Shown here: positions 1-9,035 of the stretch, one piece after another | Position numbering within the stretch: the first letter of the stretch is position 1 | How the letters are laid out: each line of letters begins with the position of its first letter | IMG/VR virus record: IMGVR_UViG_3300042561_000324 | Coordinates: 1 to 50,870 of that record | Direction: 5' to 3' (one strand) | Origin: a virus | Lineage: Duplodnaviria > Caudoviricetes | DNA length: 50,870 bases | The notes under the pieces: generated by a model | Databases searched by the model: none | What the model was told of the DNA's origin: nothing | Seen by the model: only the letters and a program-made list of their open reading frames with translations | Made by a program: the position numbers and the translations under genes

Positions 1-142
1 CTTCACTCCAGTAATTGTCTGCGATACAATATCTTTCTTTGTCGAAAGACTCCCAGATCGTCAGGGCAGCGTCCATCAGCCTAGATGCTTTTGCGAATGC
101 TTGGTCAGTTGTCATCAGTATACCTCCTCTAGTTTGGAAATG
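1..142. repeat. Terminal direct repeat, copy 1 (circular assembly overlap)
   Basis: Identical to 50729-50870 except C127 vs T50855. The helicase stop and the next ORF run continuously across the join. Confidence 0.95.
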
Positions 143-1347
143 TCACCACGCATGATGATTTCCGTTGTGTAGTTCCTCGCGCCACGGCGGTTCTTCTTGA
201 TTGTTAACATACTCTTGGTCTTTAGGTGTTCGATATACACAACTTGGTCAGAGTGCATACCGATTGCCCGTGATTCGCGTAGTCTTCCCTCGTCGTTTAA
301 CTGGGAAGCTGTCAGCATAATCGAATTATTCTTGAGTGCAGCTACCTTTAACCGCCTTGCTATCTCGGAAATCTGCCCTTCTCGGCTGTCTGAACCATCA
401 TATGAGATGATTTGCAGGTAATCTACAACAATCACATCTGCCCGTTTTTCGCCTGTATATCGTGCGATATTGGCCTCAATTTCTGTGATATCTGCTATTC
501 CGTCCACGATTTCGATGGGTAACTGGTGTAATTTGAGGAGTGCCGCGCTGATGGCTTTCAGTTCTCCTTGGTTTACATTCTTGTAATCCTCTGGTTCGCG
601 GATTGGATAGCCTGCCAAGTTGCAAGCCATGCGGGTCAGGATGTCTTTAGCCTTCATCTCTAGGGAAAAGAACAGGACTGACTTTCCATCCAGTAGATTT
701 GCGAGTGCAGATTGGACTAGGTAGATGGATTTACCTCCGCCCGTCTCCGAAGCTACAGTCATCATCTCTCCTTTGTGCATACCACCCTTGAGCGCACGAT
801 CCACTTTTGTCAGTCCAGTAGTAAAGCATTCGTTTACCGCTTTACCTTCCATCTCATCAATGATCTCGATGATGATATCTTTGACTGGTTTTACTTTGAC
901 TGTCCGATCTTCGGCGCACTTCATTATCGTTTCCGATAACGAGCGAAGGTCAGCCTTGCCAAGCCGCAGGTCATTCTCGGTTTTCTCAATGATAGAGATG
1001 GCATCGCGGTAGCCCTTCATCTTGTGAAGATTCTTGCGGTAGTCATCGGCCATGTCTTGGCACACCTTACCGGATGCGATCTTCATCGTGCATAAAGTGT
1101 CGTGGACAGATTCTTCACCGCCGACTTCTTCTAGCTGTCCAGTTGCTTCAAGCTCTGCAATCGCGGAGAATTGACAGCAAGAGCCTGTCCGCTGGTGAAC
1201 CCCTTGGAGGGCGTTAAAGATGATTCTGTGGGCAGGTAGCGCGAAATAATCACTATCCCACGTTTGTTGGGAAAGGATATTTCGGTCTGTTGCTATCAGC
1301 GACAATGCCGCCGCTTCGCTCTTGTGTGCTATTGGGACTTTTTTCAT
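115..1347 (-). CDS. dnaB: Replicative DnaB-like helicase
   Basis: N-terminal DnaB domain (DYFALPAHRIIF), Walker A ASETGGGKS, FFSLEM, Walker B VIVVDYLQ, SQLN..LRESRAI and KNRRG arginine finger. Confidence 0.95.
   Translation of the reverse strand: MKKVPIAHKSEAAALSLIATDRNILSQQTWDSDYFALPAHRIIFNALQGVHQRTGSCCQFSAIAELEATGQLEEVGGEESVHDTLCTMKIASGKVCQDMADDYRKNLHKMKGYRDAISIIEKTENDLRLGKADLRSLSETIMKCAEDRTVKVKPVKDIIIEIIDEMEGKAVNECFTTGLTKVDRALKGGMHKGEMMTVASETGGGKSIYLVQSALANLLDGKSVLFFSLEMKAKDILTRMACNLAGYPIREPEDYKNVNQGELKAISAALLKLHQLPIEIVDGIADITEIEANIARYTGEKRADVIVVDYLQIISYDGSDSREGQISEIARRLKVAALKNNSIMLTASQLNDEGRLRESRAIGMHSDQVVYIEHLKTKSMLTIKKNRRGARNYTTEIIMRGDISKLEEVY
924..939. promoter_or_regulatory. Dispersed palindrome TTATCGTTTCCGATAA (inside dnaB)
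   Basis: Perfect TTATCG-N4-CGATAA. Confidence 0.85.
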
Positions 1348-2075
1348 TAGAACTTATTGTTGTTAAAAAACTCCGTTTGGTCTTCCTTTTCTTTGTAAGC
1401 GCGAGCTTTGTCTATCTCGCCAGCCCAGTTGTTAAGGAGCGTTTCCATTGAACGGCGAGTGTAAATGTCTTTTTCGTTTCGTCTGGAATAGAAATTTTCA
1501 AGTAACTTCCAGTCTTCTTCACAAGTATCGAGATTAGGTTTAGCTGCCTTTATCTCTTTTGGAGTCCAGCTTGTAGAATCGCGTCTTCCGAGAAGACGAT
1601 TTGCTCTTTGCTGAAAAGTTAAGAGATTAAGAGTTAATTCTCCCCTAGCATCTCCTTTAGAAACTTTACTAGTATCTATGTTCACCTGTGGGTTGAGTCT
1701 GACTTCACCTACAGGTTGAGTCTGATTGCACTTCTGGGTTGAGTCTGACTTCACCTGTGGGTGAACTCTGACTTCACTTGCAGATGAAGTCTGGTTTGGT
1801 AATACTGCAAGAATTTTCCTATTTCTTCCATCGTATGAAATCTGTTTAATCATCTTCAATGACCTTAATTTTGAGATCATGTTTGAGATACTTGATTCTG
1901 TGCTATGAAACATTCTTGCAAGGTAAGCATTACTTGCAAAACATGGTTTCTCTTCAGTTCCAAGAGAACTGATTTCTGCCCACAAGCATTTCTCCATCCA
2001 TGATAATGATTGAGATTCCCATATTTCTACAGGAACCCAAACACCGCGAAAAACTCTTTCGTTCTTCTCGCTCAT
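1347..2075 (-). CDS. Phage replication initiator (lambda O-like, N-terminal winged helix)
   Basis: N-terminal LSWMEKCLWAEI..CFASNAYLARMF..SISNMISKL wHTH pattern, central iteron repeats, directly upstream of dnaB. Confidence 0.85.
   Translation of the reverse strand: MSEKNERVFRGVWVPVEIWESQSLSWMEKCLWAEISSLGTEEKPCFASNAYLARMFHSTESSISNMISKLRSLKMIKQISYDGRNRKILAVLPNQTSSASEVRVHPQVKSDSTQKCNQTQPVGEVRLNPQVNIDTSKVSKGDARGELTLNLLTFQQRANRLLGRRDSTSWTPKEIKAAKPNLDTCEEDWKLLENFYSRRNEKDIYTRRSMETLLNNWAGEIDKARAYKEKEDQTEFFNNNKF
1681..1795. repeat. Five tandem 23-bp iterons, probable replication origin
   Basis: Units start at 1681, 1704, 1727, 1750 and 1773 (consensus TTCACCTGTGGGTTGAGTCTGAC). The period is not a multiple of 3, and an AT-rich tract lies at ~1600-1680. 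Confidence 0.85.
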
Positions 2076-2386
2076 AGTTCGATTCCCTCCCCATAAATAT
2101 CGTTAATCAAATTGATGTTGCAGAATATTTTTACTTCATCACGATTTTTTTGAACGTATATTAAATCCCATGCTGCCAAACAATCCAATGCTGAATTTAT
2201 ACTTCTTTTTGATACATTAAAAATAAATGCTAAATAATCTTTATCATTTACGCACCCTCTATCCCAATTTTCAATGTATGCTAATAATTCTCGTTGCAAT
2301 GGATTCAATCCACCAATGCGAATTATTTTGCGTTTAATCATTATCCCATTTTTTTTCCGTATTGGACAATCATCATATTTTTTCAT
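2072..2386 (-). CDS. Small winged-helix protein resembling the initiator N-terminus
   Basis: LNPLQRELLAYI..DYLAFIFNVSKRSINSALDCL. Likely start MKKYDD at 2386, since the upstream extension lies within a structured leader. Confidence 0.65.
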   Translation of the reverse strand: MKKYDDCPIRKKNGIMIKRKIIRIGGLNPLQRELLAYIENWDRGCVNDKDYLAFIFNVSKRSINSALDCLAAWDLIYVQKNRDEVKIFCNINLINDIYGEGIEL

Positions 2387-2544
2387 TTTAGAAAAAGGCG
2401 ACCCCTTGTGATGGCGACAGGAAGCGGCAACTGACGCATGAGAGTGGTTTACCACCACAAGGGATCATATAGTTTGTTTGTTAATTTAATTCCTGACTTT
2501 ACTTCGGCTCTCACCCCGAAGGCGTGATTTCTCACACGCGAAAG

Positions 2545-2573
2545 AAACTACTAGATGTTGTATTCAGTGTCAA
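2545..2573 (-). promoter_or_regulatory. Sigma70-like promoter for the replication operon
   Basis: Minus-strand TTGACA (2573-2568), 17-bp spacer, TAGTTT (2550-2545). Confidence 0.6.
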
Positions 2574-2582
2574 GCATCTTTT

Positions 2583-2598
2583 TTATCGGAACCGATAA
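2583..2598. promoter_or_regulatory. Dispersed palindrome TTATCGGAACCGATAA
   Basis: Perfect arms. Abuts the stop codon of ORF 2599-2967 and lies 9 bp upstream of a -35 box. Confidence 0.9.
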
Positions 2599-2967
2599 TT
2601 ACTCCAGTTCAATCGTCTCAATCACTCCAGCAGACCAGTCTTCTAGTTTGTCGGTCAGAACCTCCCAAACCTCATCAGCTTCATCTTTGGTTTTGCATTT
2701 GTAGATCGAGCGACGCTCTCCGACACCCTCGCCAGCGATAATGAAATCACACTTGATGACAGTAGTAGATTCAAGTCCGCAAGCAACGAGGATGCAGGTA
2801 TTGTTTGGCTTGAGAGCCATCATAAGAATGCCTTCATCATTTTCGTAGGTAGCAATGAAAGGTTTTTCTAGCGCGGTGGCTAAAGACATATTTGTGACAA
2901 GGACAGTCTTTCTGACAGTAGCCAGAAGTTCTTCTGCAAATGTATTGTTGTTGTTTGTGTTATCCAT
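2599..2967 (-). CDS. Hypothetical protein
   Basis: 122-aa ORF from likely start MDNT; no recognisable motif. Confidence 0.7.
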   Translation of the reverse strand: MDNTNNNNTFAEELLATVRKTVLVTNMSLATALEKPFIATYENDEGILMMALKPNNTCILVACGLESTTVIKCDFIIAGEGVGERRSIYKCKTKDEADEVWEVLTDKLEDWSAGVIETIELE

Positions 2968-3028
2968 AATAGATAAGGCTATCAAAAATGCCTTGACTTG
3001 TCAATAGTTCTGGTTTAATTTTATTCAA

Positions 3029-3436
3029 ATGAAACATCCATTAGAAGAAGCCTACGATAGTTGCATGATGGCTTACGAGCAATCACGCACTGTTCGTTCT
3101 ATTGGACGGAGGACTTTCGCCCAGCAACTGCGTGAGACTCGCAGGAAACTGAACATGACTGTCAGGGAGCTGGGCGAAAGGATCGGAGTGACTGGATCGC
3201 TCATCAACCAGATTGAAGTAAACTCCAAGAGCATTCTGAAAAAAGAACAAGTAGAAAAGATTATCGAACTATGCGTGTCTTCCTTGAAATCGAAGAGGGG
3301 AAATACAAGCTCCGAGTCAGTCCATACGCCGCAGAAACCCCAAGTCCCATGCACCAGCGAGGGAAGCCCTTCCCCGATAGCTACAGTCCAGAATACGAAA
3401 GCATGGAGCTGGCCTCCATCGGACTTCAAGAACTAA
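3029..3436 (+). CDS. XRE/Cro-family HTH regulator
   Basis: LRETRRKLNMTVRELGERIGVTGSLINQIE is a typical HTH_3 signature. Divergent -35-like boxes lie at ~2993-3004. Confidence 0.8.
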   Translation: MKHPLEEAYDSCMMAYEQSRTVRSIGRRTFAQQLRETRRKLNMTVRELGERIGVTGSLINQIEVNSKSILKKEQVEKIIELCVSSLKSKRGNTSSESVHTPQKPQVPCTSEGSPSPIATVQNTKAWSWPPSDFKN

Positions 3437-3513
3437 CGGAATACTTTCAATGCTACGAAGAAACACGCCACTTAAAGCCAAAACGGGGTTCAAAAAAAGG
3501 GGCGGCAAGTTAA
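3271..3513 (+). CDS. Hypothetical protein (overlaps the HTH gene tail)
   Basis: 80-aa ATG-started ORF with protein-like composition bridging the HTH and HNH genes. Confidence 0.5.
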   Translation: MRVFLEIEEGKYKLRVSPYAAETPSPMHQRGKPFPDSYSPEYESMELASIGLQELTEYFQCYEETRHLKPKRGSKKGAAS

Positions 3514-3764
3514 AGGCATATAGTGACCGAAGGCGCGAAGAGAATGAAAAGTATAAAGTAGCTAGAAACCTTTATTTCAAAATGAAACCAAACTGCGAAG
3601 TATGCGGTTGTCCTGCTACCGATATTCACCACAAAGCAAAACGTGGGAAGAATCTTTACAATATGGAGACATTTATGGCAACATGCCGTTTGTGCCACAA
3701 TAAAATTCACGACAACCCTGCATGGGCTAGAGAGTTAGGCTATTTAATTTATGATCACAAATAA
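3450..3764 (+). CDS. HNH endonuclease
   Basis: CEVCG..DIHH..N..CRLCHNKIH. Confidence 0.85.
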   Translation: MLRRNTPLKAKTGFKKRGGKLKAYSDRRREENEKYKVARNLYFKMKPNCEVCGCPATDIHHKAKRGKNLYNMETFMATCRLCHNKIHDNPAWARELGYLIYDHK

Positions 3765-3978
3765 TACGTTTGAGCCTCGCGTCATCTGCGAGGGAACTGA
3801 AGTAGAAGAGAACCAATACAAGATTCTTTTCCAGCAGAAGTTTAACCAGTGCTGGGTTCCAAAGAAGGACATCCGCCTCAAGGAAACGCTAGGACATATC
3901 GGCGGAGAAAAAGTTATCCGTATCGTAGTTCCAGAAGAGGTAGCGAATATTCTGGAACTTGAAGGGATAATGGATTAA
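3751..3978 (+). CDS. Hypothetical protein
   Basis: 75-aa ORF in the same operon; converges on terL. Confidence 0.65.
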   Translation: MITNNTFEPRVICEGTEVEENQYKILFQQKFNQCWVPKKDIRLKETLGHIGGEKVIRIVVPEEVANILELEGIMD

Positions 3979-5832
3979 TTACCAATCTCCATTATCATCT
4001 GATGAGTAGGCATCGTCATCAGAGAATGATTCAACTGGCTTTTCCTCCCTAGACCAGAATCGGTTAGTAGGAACAACTTTATCGTTTCCGATAAATACTA
4101 GTCCATACCTCCGCGCCATCTCTAGGCAGTAAAGATAGCTATCCGCCAAGTCGGGCGAGAACCCAGTTCTTCCCTTAAAGTCATCTTTAGTCTCTACAGA
4201 AATCTTCTTGGACTTAATCGTGTATCGGCGGAGGCAAAGTTCCCGCGCCAGATCGGAGCTAGTATCTACACCATAGAGAACTCGACTCTTGAATCCATGA
4301 TAGGCTGAATACCAATATTCAGATACCAACCTATCATAAACATCCTTACACGGGCGTTTATCAACTTCGGCGGCGATACGCTCGGTAGGTTTACCCATAG
4401 AAGAGATGAGTGCGATTGCGGAGCCTGTAGCGTCAAATCGTAGCCACTCACGAATAATAGCCTGCCCGACTCGTCCACCATCACCGGAAACGTCCATTCC
4501 GAAGTTGGATGGCTTTACTCCAGCCGACCTACAATAGTTAACAACTTCAGTAGCCAATTGGATTTCAAACTCGGCAGCGGCATTGGCTGACAACTGAATG
4601 ACCTTCTGACTTTCCAGATACATGACACGATTGCGAGTCCCGCGAACGTATCCTAGCTTGGCGATGGTAAGAACGCATCGGTCTCCCCCTACAGTAAACG
4701 CGGTATCGAACCCAGCCACCTTGGTGAATCCTTCAGAATCCCATAATGGTTCTTCGTTGGTATTAGCATTACGGATCAGATCGGCGGTGAGAATTGTTTG
4801 AGCGAATCCAGACTTCGGCCACCAGCCAATAGCGTTACGAACATAGTCAACAGCATTCTCGTCGCCATAACACAGCTTGAGCATATCCTTCTGCTTCTCA
4901 CGATCCATTAAGAATGGAAATGGAGATGGTTCATCAGGTGGCGCGGCGAAGTTAGGAGAGCGCATACCATTGTAAAACAAACACACTCCAGTTCCTGTCT
5001 CCCATTTATCCATTTCTGGATTAACAGAATCAAAGTTAGAACAATCTTTAGGCATAGCCCAACGAGTGTGCGGGTTGTCACCAGCGGACGGGTTTCCAAT
5101 TCCAATGAATGTCTTATCATTGTTTGATGCTAGGTTTGTTCTTGCGGTAATCGCGCCCAACTCCATTTCTGGCAATTCATCAAGAGCAAGACGAACCCTG
5201 TCATTCTTACGACCACGGGTTGTATCAATAGCCTTTTGGCCTTCATTACCGGATTGGAATGCGAGAGCTTTTATCGCATTACGATAATCTTTATCCTCAT
5301 CGTTGGATGCGCCACCCCAAACAATCATGTGGCGATAGTCGATTAGTTTACCTATTTGAACGCGAGCGCACTTCCAGAGTTTAGAGATGATACCCCAGAT
5401 ACGATCTTCAGAAGCACCGAGAGTTGTAGTAGCAACCCAAGAAGAAGTGCAGTGCGGGGCGGCACACCAATCAAGATAAATCCAAAGACCAACAGGAAAA
5501 GATTTACCCATCGAAGCCGCACCAGCTAAACAAATATCTGTATTGTTGCAAAGCTCCTCAAGAGTTCTTAACAATTGGGTATTTGTATAGCCACGATTGT
5601 AGATAGAAACTTCAGTCGGCCATTGGAGTTTTACGGCATTGATGAAATGTTCGTGTGGCGATAGTAATTTAAATTCAGAAAGACTTATGTTATGCCTAGT
5701 GCAATAACTTCTGCCATATTGCCCTCTAGTGATAGCGTAGCAAAATAACTCAACGCCAAGATCGTCGAGGTTCTCTGGAAACTGCATCCCGTATCTACGA
5801 ATTCCTTTGTTTGAAGAAAAAGCTCTTGACAT
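3979..5832 (-). CDS. terL: Terminase large subunit
   Basis: Walker A GAASMGKS, Walker B LALDE, coupling motif GNP, nuclease acidic motifs AGFDTA and SPDLADS. Confidence 0.9.
   Translation of the reverse strand: MSRAFSSNKGIRRYGMQFPENLDDLGVELFCYAITRGQYGRSYCTRHNISLSEFKLLSPHEHFINAVKLQWPTEVSIYNRGYTNTQLLRTLEELCNNTDICLAGAASMGKSFPVGLWIYLDWCAAPHCTSSWVATTTLGASEDRIWGIISKLWKCARVQIGKLIDYRHMIVWGGASNDEDKDYRNAIKALAFQSGNEGQKAIDTTRGRKNDRVRLALDELPEMELGAITARTNLASNNDKTFIGIGNPSAGDNPHTRWAMPKDCSNFDSVNPEMDKWETGTGVCLFYNGMRSPNFAAPPDEPSPFPFLMDREKQKDMLKLCYGDENAVDYVRNAIGWWPKSGFAQTILTADLIRNANTNEEPLWDSEGFTKVAGFDTAFTVGGDRCVLTIAKLGYVRGTRNRVMYLESQKVIQLSANAAAEFEIQLATEVVNYCRSAGVKPSNFGMDVSGDGGRVGQAIIREWLRFDATGSAIALISSMGKPTERIAAEVDKRPCKDVYDRLVSEYWYSAYHGFKSRVLYGVDTSSDLARELCLRRYTIKSKKISVETKDDFKGRTGFSPDLADSYLYCLEMARRYGLVFIGNDKVVPTNRFWSREEKPVESFSDDDAYSSDDNGDW
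4079..4094. promoter_or_regulatory. Dispersed palindrome TTATCGTTTCCGATAA (inside terL)
   Basis: Perfect arms; read in a different frame (FIGNDK) from the dnaB copy (LSETI). Confidence 0.85.
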
Positions 5833-5868
5833 ATCAATAAGAAAATATATTTTGATTTCAAAAGCAAG

Positions 5869-6246
5869 ATGAAACTAAAAAACAAAAACCTAGCGCCAAT
5901 TGGGGGATGGTATTGGAAATACGAAATCAAACGCGATAAACTCACGTTTCCTGCAATTGTTCATGGAAGCACTTGGAATTCTTTAATCAAGAATATCGAA
6001 AAAGACTATCGCGCAAATAACATCGAAATTCCTGATAACATCGAAGAGATGGTAGAAGATCAAATCTGCCAACGCCAACCAAGTGATCGTTGCTGGTATA
6101 GCGATGGTCTTGGAGACAAGATTGCTCAAGCCATCCATACAGTTGCAGCGATAACTGACAAAGTTTTGAAAACTAAACTTGAACAGAAAGCTAAAATATG
6201 TCCTTCATGCAATAAACGTAGGGCCGTATTGAATAAATTATCGTAA
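5869..6246 (+). CDS. Hypothetical protein with C-terminal CxxC
   Basis: 125-aa ORF with CPSC; first gene of the structural operon. Confidence 0.75.
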   Translation: MKLKNKNLAPIGGWYWKYEIKRDKLTFPAIVHGSTWNSLIKNIEKDYRANNIEIPDNIEEMVEDQICQRQPSDRCWYSDGLGDKIAQAIHTVAAITDKVLKTKLEQKAKICPSCNKRRAVLNKLS

Positions 6247-6253
6247 ACGATAA
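6238..6253. promoter_or_regulatory. Dispersed palindrome TTATCGTAAACGATAA
   Basis: Contains the upstream gene's stop codon; 5 bp before the portal ATG. Confidence 0.9.
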
Positions 6254-6258
6254 AACAT

Positions 6259-8790
6259 ATGCTTTCCATCGGCCAAGACAACTTCTCACTTGCCACTCTA
6301 GACCAAGATGGCAAACCACCAGAAACACGAATCTCCAACGCTAATCATGCTTGGAACATCGCAAATCACTTGAGGTTGGCAAACATCGGGCGCGAGAACA
6401 AACGCTTGCGTATCTATAAGGCTTACAAAATGTTTCCGCCTACAGGATATAGCAAGCTCGCGGAGAAGCGTCTCCCTTGGCAATCTGATGTAAACTACGG
6501 ACAGCTTGGATTCATCGTAGATAACCAGAAGTCCAGTTACTACGATGTAATTACGGAACGTCAGGCTTGTTGCACGATCAAGACAAAGTATGGAAACGAA
6601 AAAGAACGACTCGTTAACTCCGAAAACATTTCCATCGCATTTGACCAAGCAATCCGCGAATGGCCCGGATACCTCTACAATACAGAGCAAGACCTTGAGG
6701 AAATGTTGCTGTATGGAAAGGGAATTGGAATGTGGGATTCACCTATGGGATGGATGCCAGAACACGTCTTCCTATCCGACCTTCTCTTTCCAGACGACAT
6801 TAGGATCGACTTCTGCAACCTTGAGGAGTTTGTTCGCCGTGTCCGTCTGACACCATACGAACTCTACAAGAAGATCGAGAATCGTGCGGCGGCAGAAGCA
6901 ATGGGATGGAATGTAGATGCGGCTATTGATGCGATCCGTTTCCACCGCGCATTCAGCAACCATCGCAAGACCCGCGAAGATTTCTTCCGCACGATCAGCG
7001 AGGCAGGATTCAACTGGTCATTGTCGGTTAACCAGAAGATTGACCTATACGAAGTATACTGGAGGGAGTTCGACGGCAAGATCAGCAAGGCGATTATCCT
7101 CCAAGACTACCAACCAATCTCTGACTACATCAACTCCAACATCAAAGGAGCAGGCAAGATCAGCGAAGATGACATCAGAACCCAGCACGGGTTTATGATG
7201 CTCAAGGTAGGACTCTTCAACTCATGGGATGAGATCATGTATATGCTCACCGATTCGGTTGGCAGCGGACTCTTCCAAGACATCAAGAGCCAAGCGGAGT
7301 CGGCGTTCGTAGCTTGCCGTCAGTATGACTTCACGATGAACTCGCTGGTTGATGCCGTGCGCCTCAACTCCATGTTGATGATCGAAGGCCAAGGGCCAGA
7401 CGCAACGAAGATGTTGAAGCAGATGGAATGGTTGCCAATCAGCGTCATGCCAGACGGAGCGAAGTTCATTCAGAACCGCTTCCAACTCCCAGTAGGAGAA
7501 AGCATGAGCTTCATGCAATTCTTCATGGGAGATATGTATAGGGGAATGGGGCAGTATCGCATCAATGCCCCTACCTCTGGAGGAAAGCAACGCACGAAAG
7601 GCGAGGCAGAGTTAGATGCGGCTGAATCAGCCAAACTCTCTGGAACGCAAATCCGCCGATTCAACGAGTGCCAGACGCTTTACTTTAAGCAACTCTACAA
7701 ACGTTTCGTTAACTCCAAGTCGAGCGATGATGGATACGAATTCGTGAAAAAGTTCTACGAAGTTCTTGAGGAACTTGGAACTCCGAAGGAAGCCGCGCAA
7801 TGGAAGAACATCACCAGCATCCGCTCCAACCTCATCAATGGTGCAGGTAGCCCATCGTTCAAACTGATTACCGCAGAGAAGTTGCTGAACATCACAGCAA
7901 TCACTCCAGCAAACGAAGGCCAAGAGAACGCAGTTAAAGACGCAATCGCGGCACTATCTGGACGAGACAACGTAGCTCGCTACCGGAATACCAAGGTAAG
8001 CAAGATCGACGATACCGCTCGCATCATTGGATTTGAAAATGCTGGAATGACTGATGCGTTCGTAAACCCAGCCAACTTCCCTGTGCTACCGACCGATCCG
8101 CACATTGAACACGCTCAAGGTCACTTCCAAGACATGGTGATGCAGTTGCAGATGAATATGCAGTCCGTGCAGGCTGGTCAGCCAAACATTGATGATCTTG
8201 CATTGGCGATGCGTTCCATCAAGTTCAAGGGTGGTCACATCATGGCGCACGTCGAGTATATCAGCAAAGACCAATCGAAGCAGGACTTCTTAAAGCAATT
8301 CATGCAAGGAATGAACGAGGCGCAGAAAATGGCCGACGATCTTCAGTCTGTATACGTGGAGATGGCTCAAGCCGAAGCTCAAAAGCAAGGTCAATCGAAC
8401 TCCGAGGAAGACATCAAACTGCAATACCTCGCTGCCAAGTCTGGTATCGAAATCGACACCAAGAAGAAACTCGCCGACATTGCGATTGGCAAGGCATCTA
8501 TCAGTCACGCCCAGCGCACCGAGCAACGCAGAGAACAGGGAATCACTCAACTCGCTCTCCAGAAAGCCAAGGCTCGCGCCGAGATTCAGAAGGCAAAAGG
8601 CAAGATGGCGGCAGAGAAGCCAATGCCAGCAGAGAAGCCAATGGAGGAAGAGGTAGAGATGGAAGAAGAAGAGACCGAAGAGCCAGAGGAGATGGAAACC
8701 GAAGAGGTAGAGACCGAAGAGGTCGAGACTCCAGAAGGAACTGAAGAAGTTGAGATGGAAACCACACAGACACCAATGCAACCACAATGA
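6259..8790 (+). CDS. Portal protein (podovirus/P22-like size, acidic C-terminal tail)
   Basis: 843 aa, position ahead of scaffold and capsid, LLYGKGIGM and RTKGEA portal-like motifs, Q-rich helical C-terminus. Confidence 0.75.
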   Translation: MLSIGQDNFSLATLDQDGKPPETRISNANHAWNIANHLRLANIGRENKRLRIYKAYKMFPPTGYSKLAEKRLPWQSDVNYGQLGFIVDNQKSSYYDVITERQACCTIKTKYGNEKERLVNSENISIAFDQAIREWPGYLYNTEQDLEEMLLYGKGIGMWDSPMGWMPEHVFLSDLLFPDDIRIDFCNLEEFVRRVRLTPYELYKKIENRAAAEAMGWNVDAAIDAIRFHRAFSNHRKTREDFFRTISEAGFNWSLSVNQKIDLYEVYWREFDGKISKAIILQDYQPISDYINSNIKGAGKISEDDIRTQHGFMMLKVGLFNSWDEIMYMLTDSVGSGLFQDIKSQAESAFVACRQYDFTMNSLVDAVRLNSMLMIEGQGPDATKMLKQMEWLPISVMPDGAKFIQNRFQLPVGESMSFMQFFMGDMYRGMGQYRINAPTSGGKQRTKGEAELDAAESAKLSGTQIRRFNECQTLYFKQLYKRFVNSKSSDDGYEFVKKFYEVLEELGTPKEAAQWKNITSIRSNLINGAGSPSFKLITAEKLLNITAITPANEGQENAVKDAIAALSGRDNVARYRNTKVSKIDDTARIIGFENAGMTDAFVNPANFPVLPTDPHIEHAQGHFQDMVMQLQMNMQSVQAGQPNIDDLALAMRSIKFKGGHIMAHVEYISKDQSKQDFLKQFMQGMNEAQKMADDLQSVYVEMAQAEAQKQGQSNSEEDIKLQYLAAKSGIEIDTKKKLADIAIGKASISHAQRTEQRREQGITQLALQKAKARAEIQKAKGKMAAEKPMPAEKPMEEEVEMEEEETEEPEEMETEEVETEEVETPEGTEEVEMETTQTPMQPQ

Positions 8791-9032
8791 CAACCGAAAA
8801 AGTAAAATCCTTATGCGCGGCAATAACAGCACACGAAGATTGGAACAAGCTACAGGCATACCTGTTGCTTAACGTAAGCCCACCCGAAGGAGTAACCACG
8901 CTTATCCATGCAATCAAAGCTATTGATGCTATTGGAACAGAGGAACAAGGAGCATTCAAAAAAACCAAGCCTTCTTCAAGAACTAAAGAACTTAAAGAAA
9001 GCACGATTGATCCAGACCTCGACGAAATCTAA
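8787..9032 (+). CDS. Hypothetical protein
   Basis: ATGA overlap with the portal stop. Confidence 0.7.
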   Translation: MTTEKVKSLCAAITAHEDWNKLQAYLLLNVSPPEGVTTLIHAIKAIDAIGTEEQGAFKKTKPSSRTKELKESTIDPDLDEI

Positions 9033-9035
9033 TTT

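Noticed and set aside
5271-5287. TTATCG-CATTA-CGATAA in terL
   Set aside because: Arms are perfect but the spacer is 5 bp and off-consensus. Not counted, though worth including in a motif scan.
8611-8765. Tandem repeats at the portal 3' end
   Set aside because: In-frame peptide repeats (AEKPM, EEVET) of a low-complexity acidic tail.
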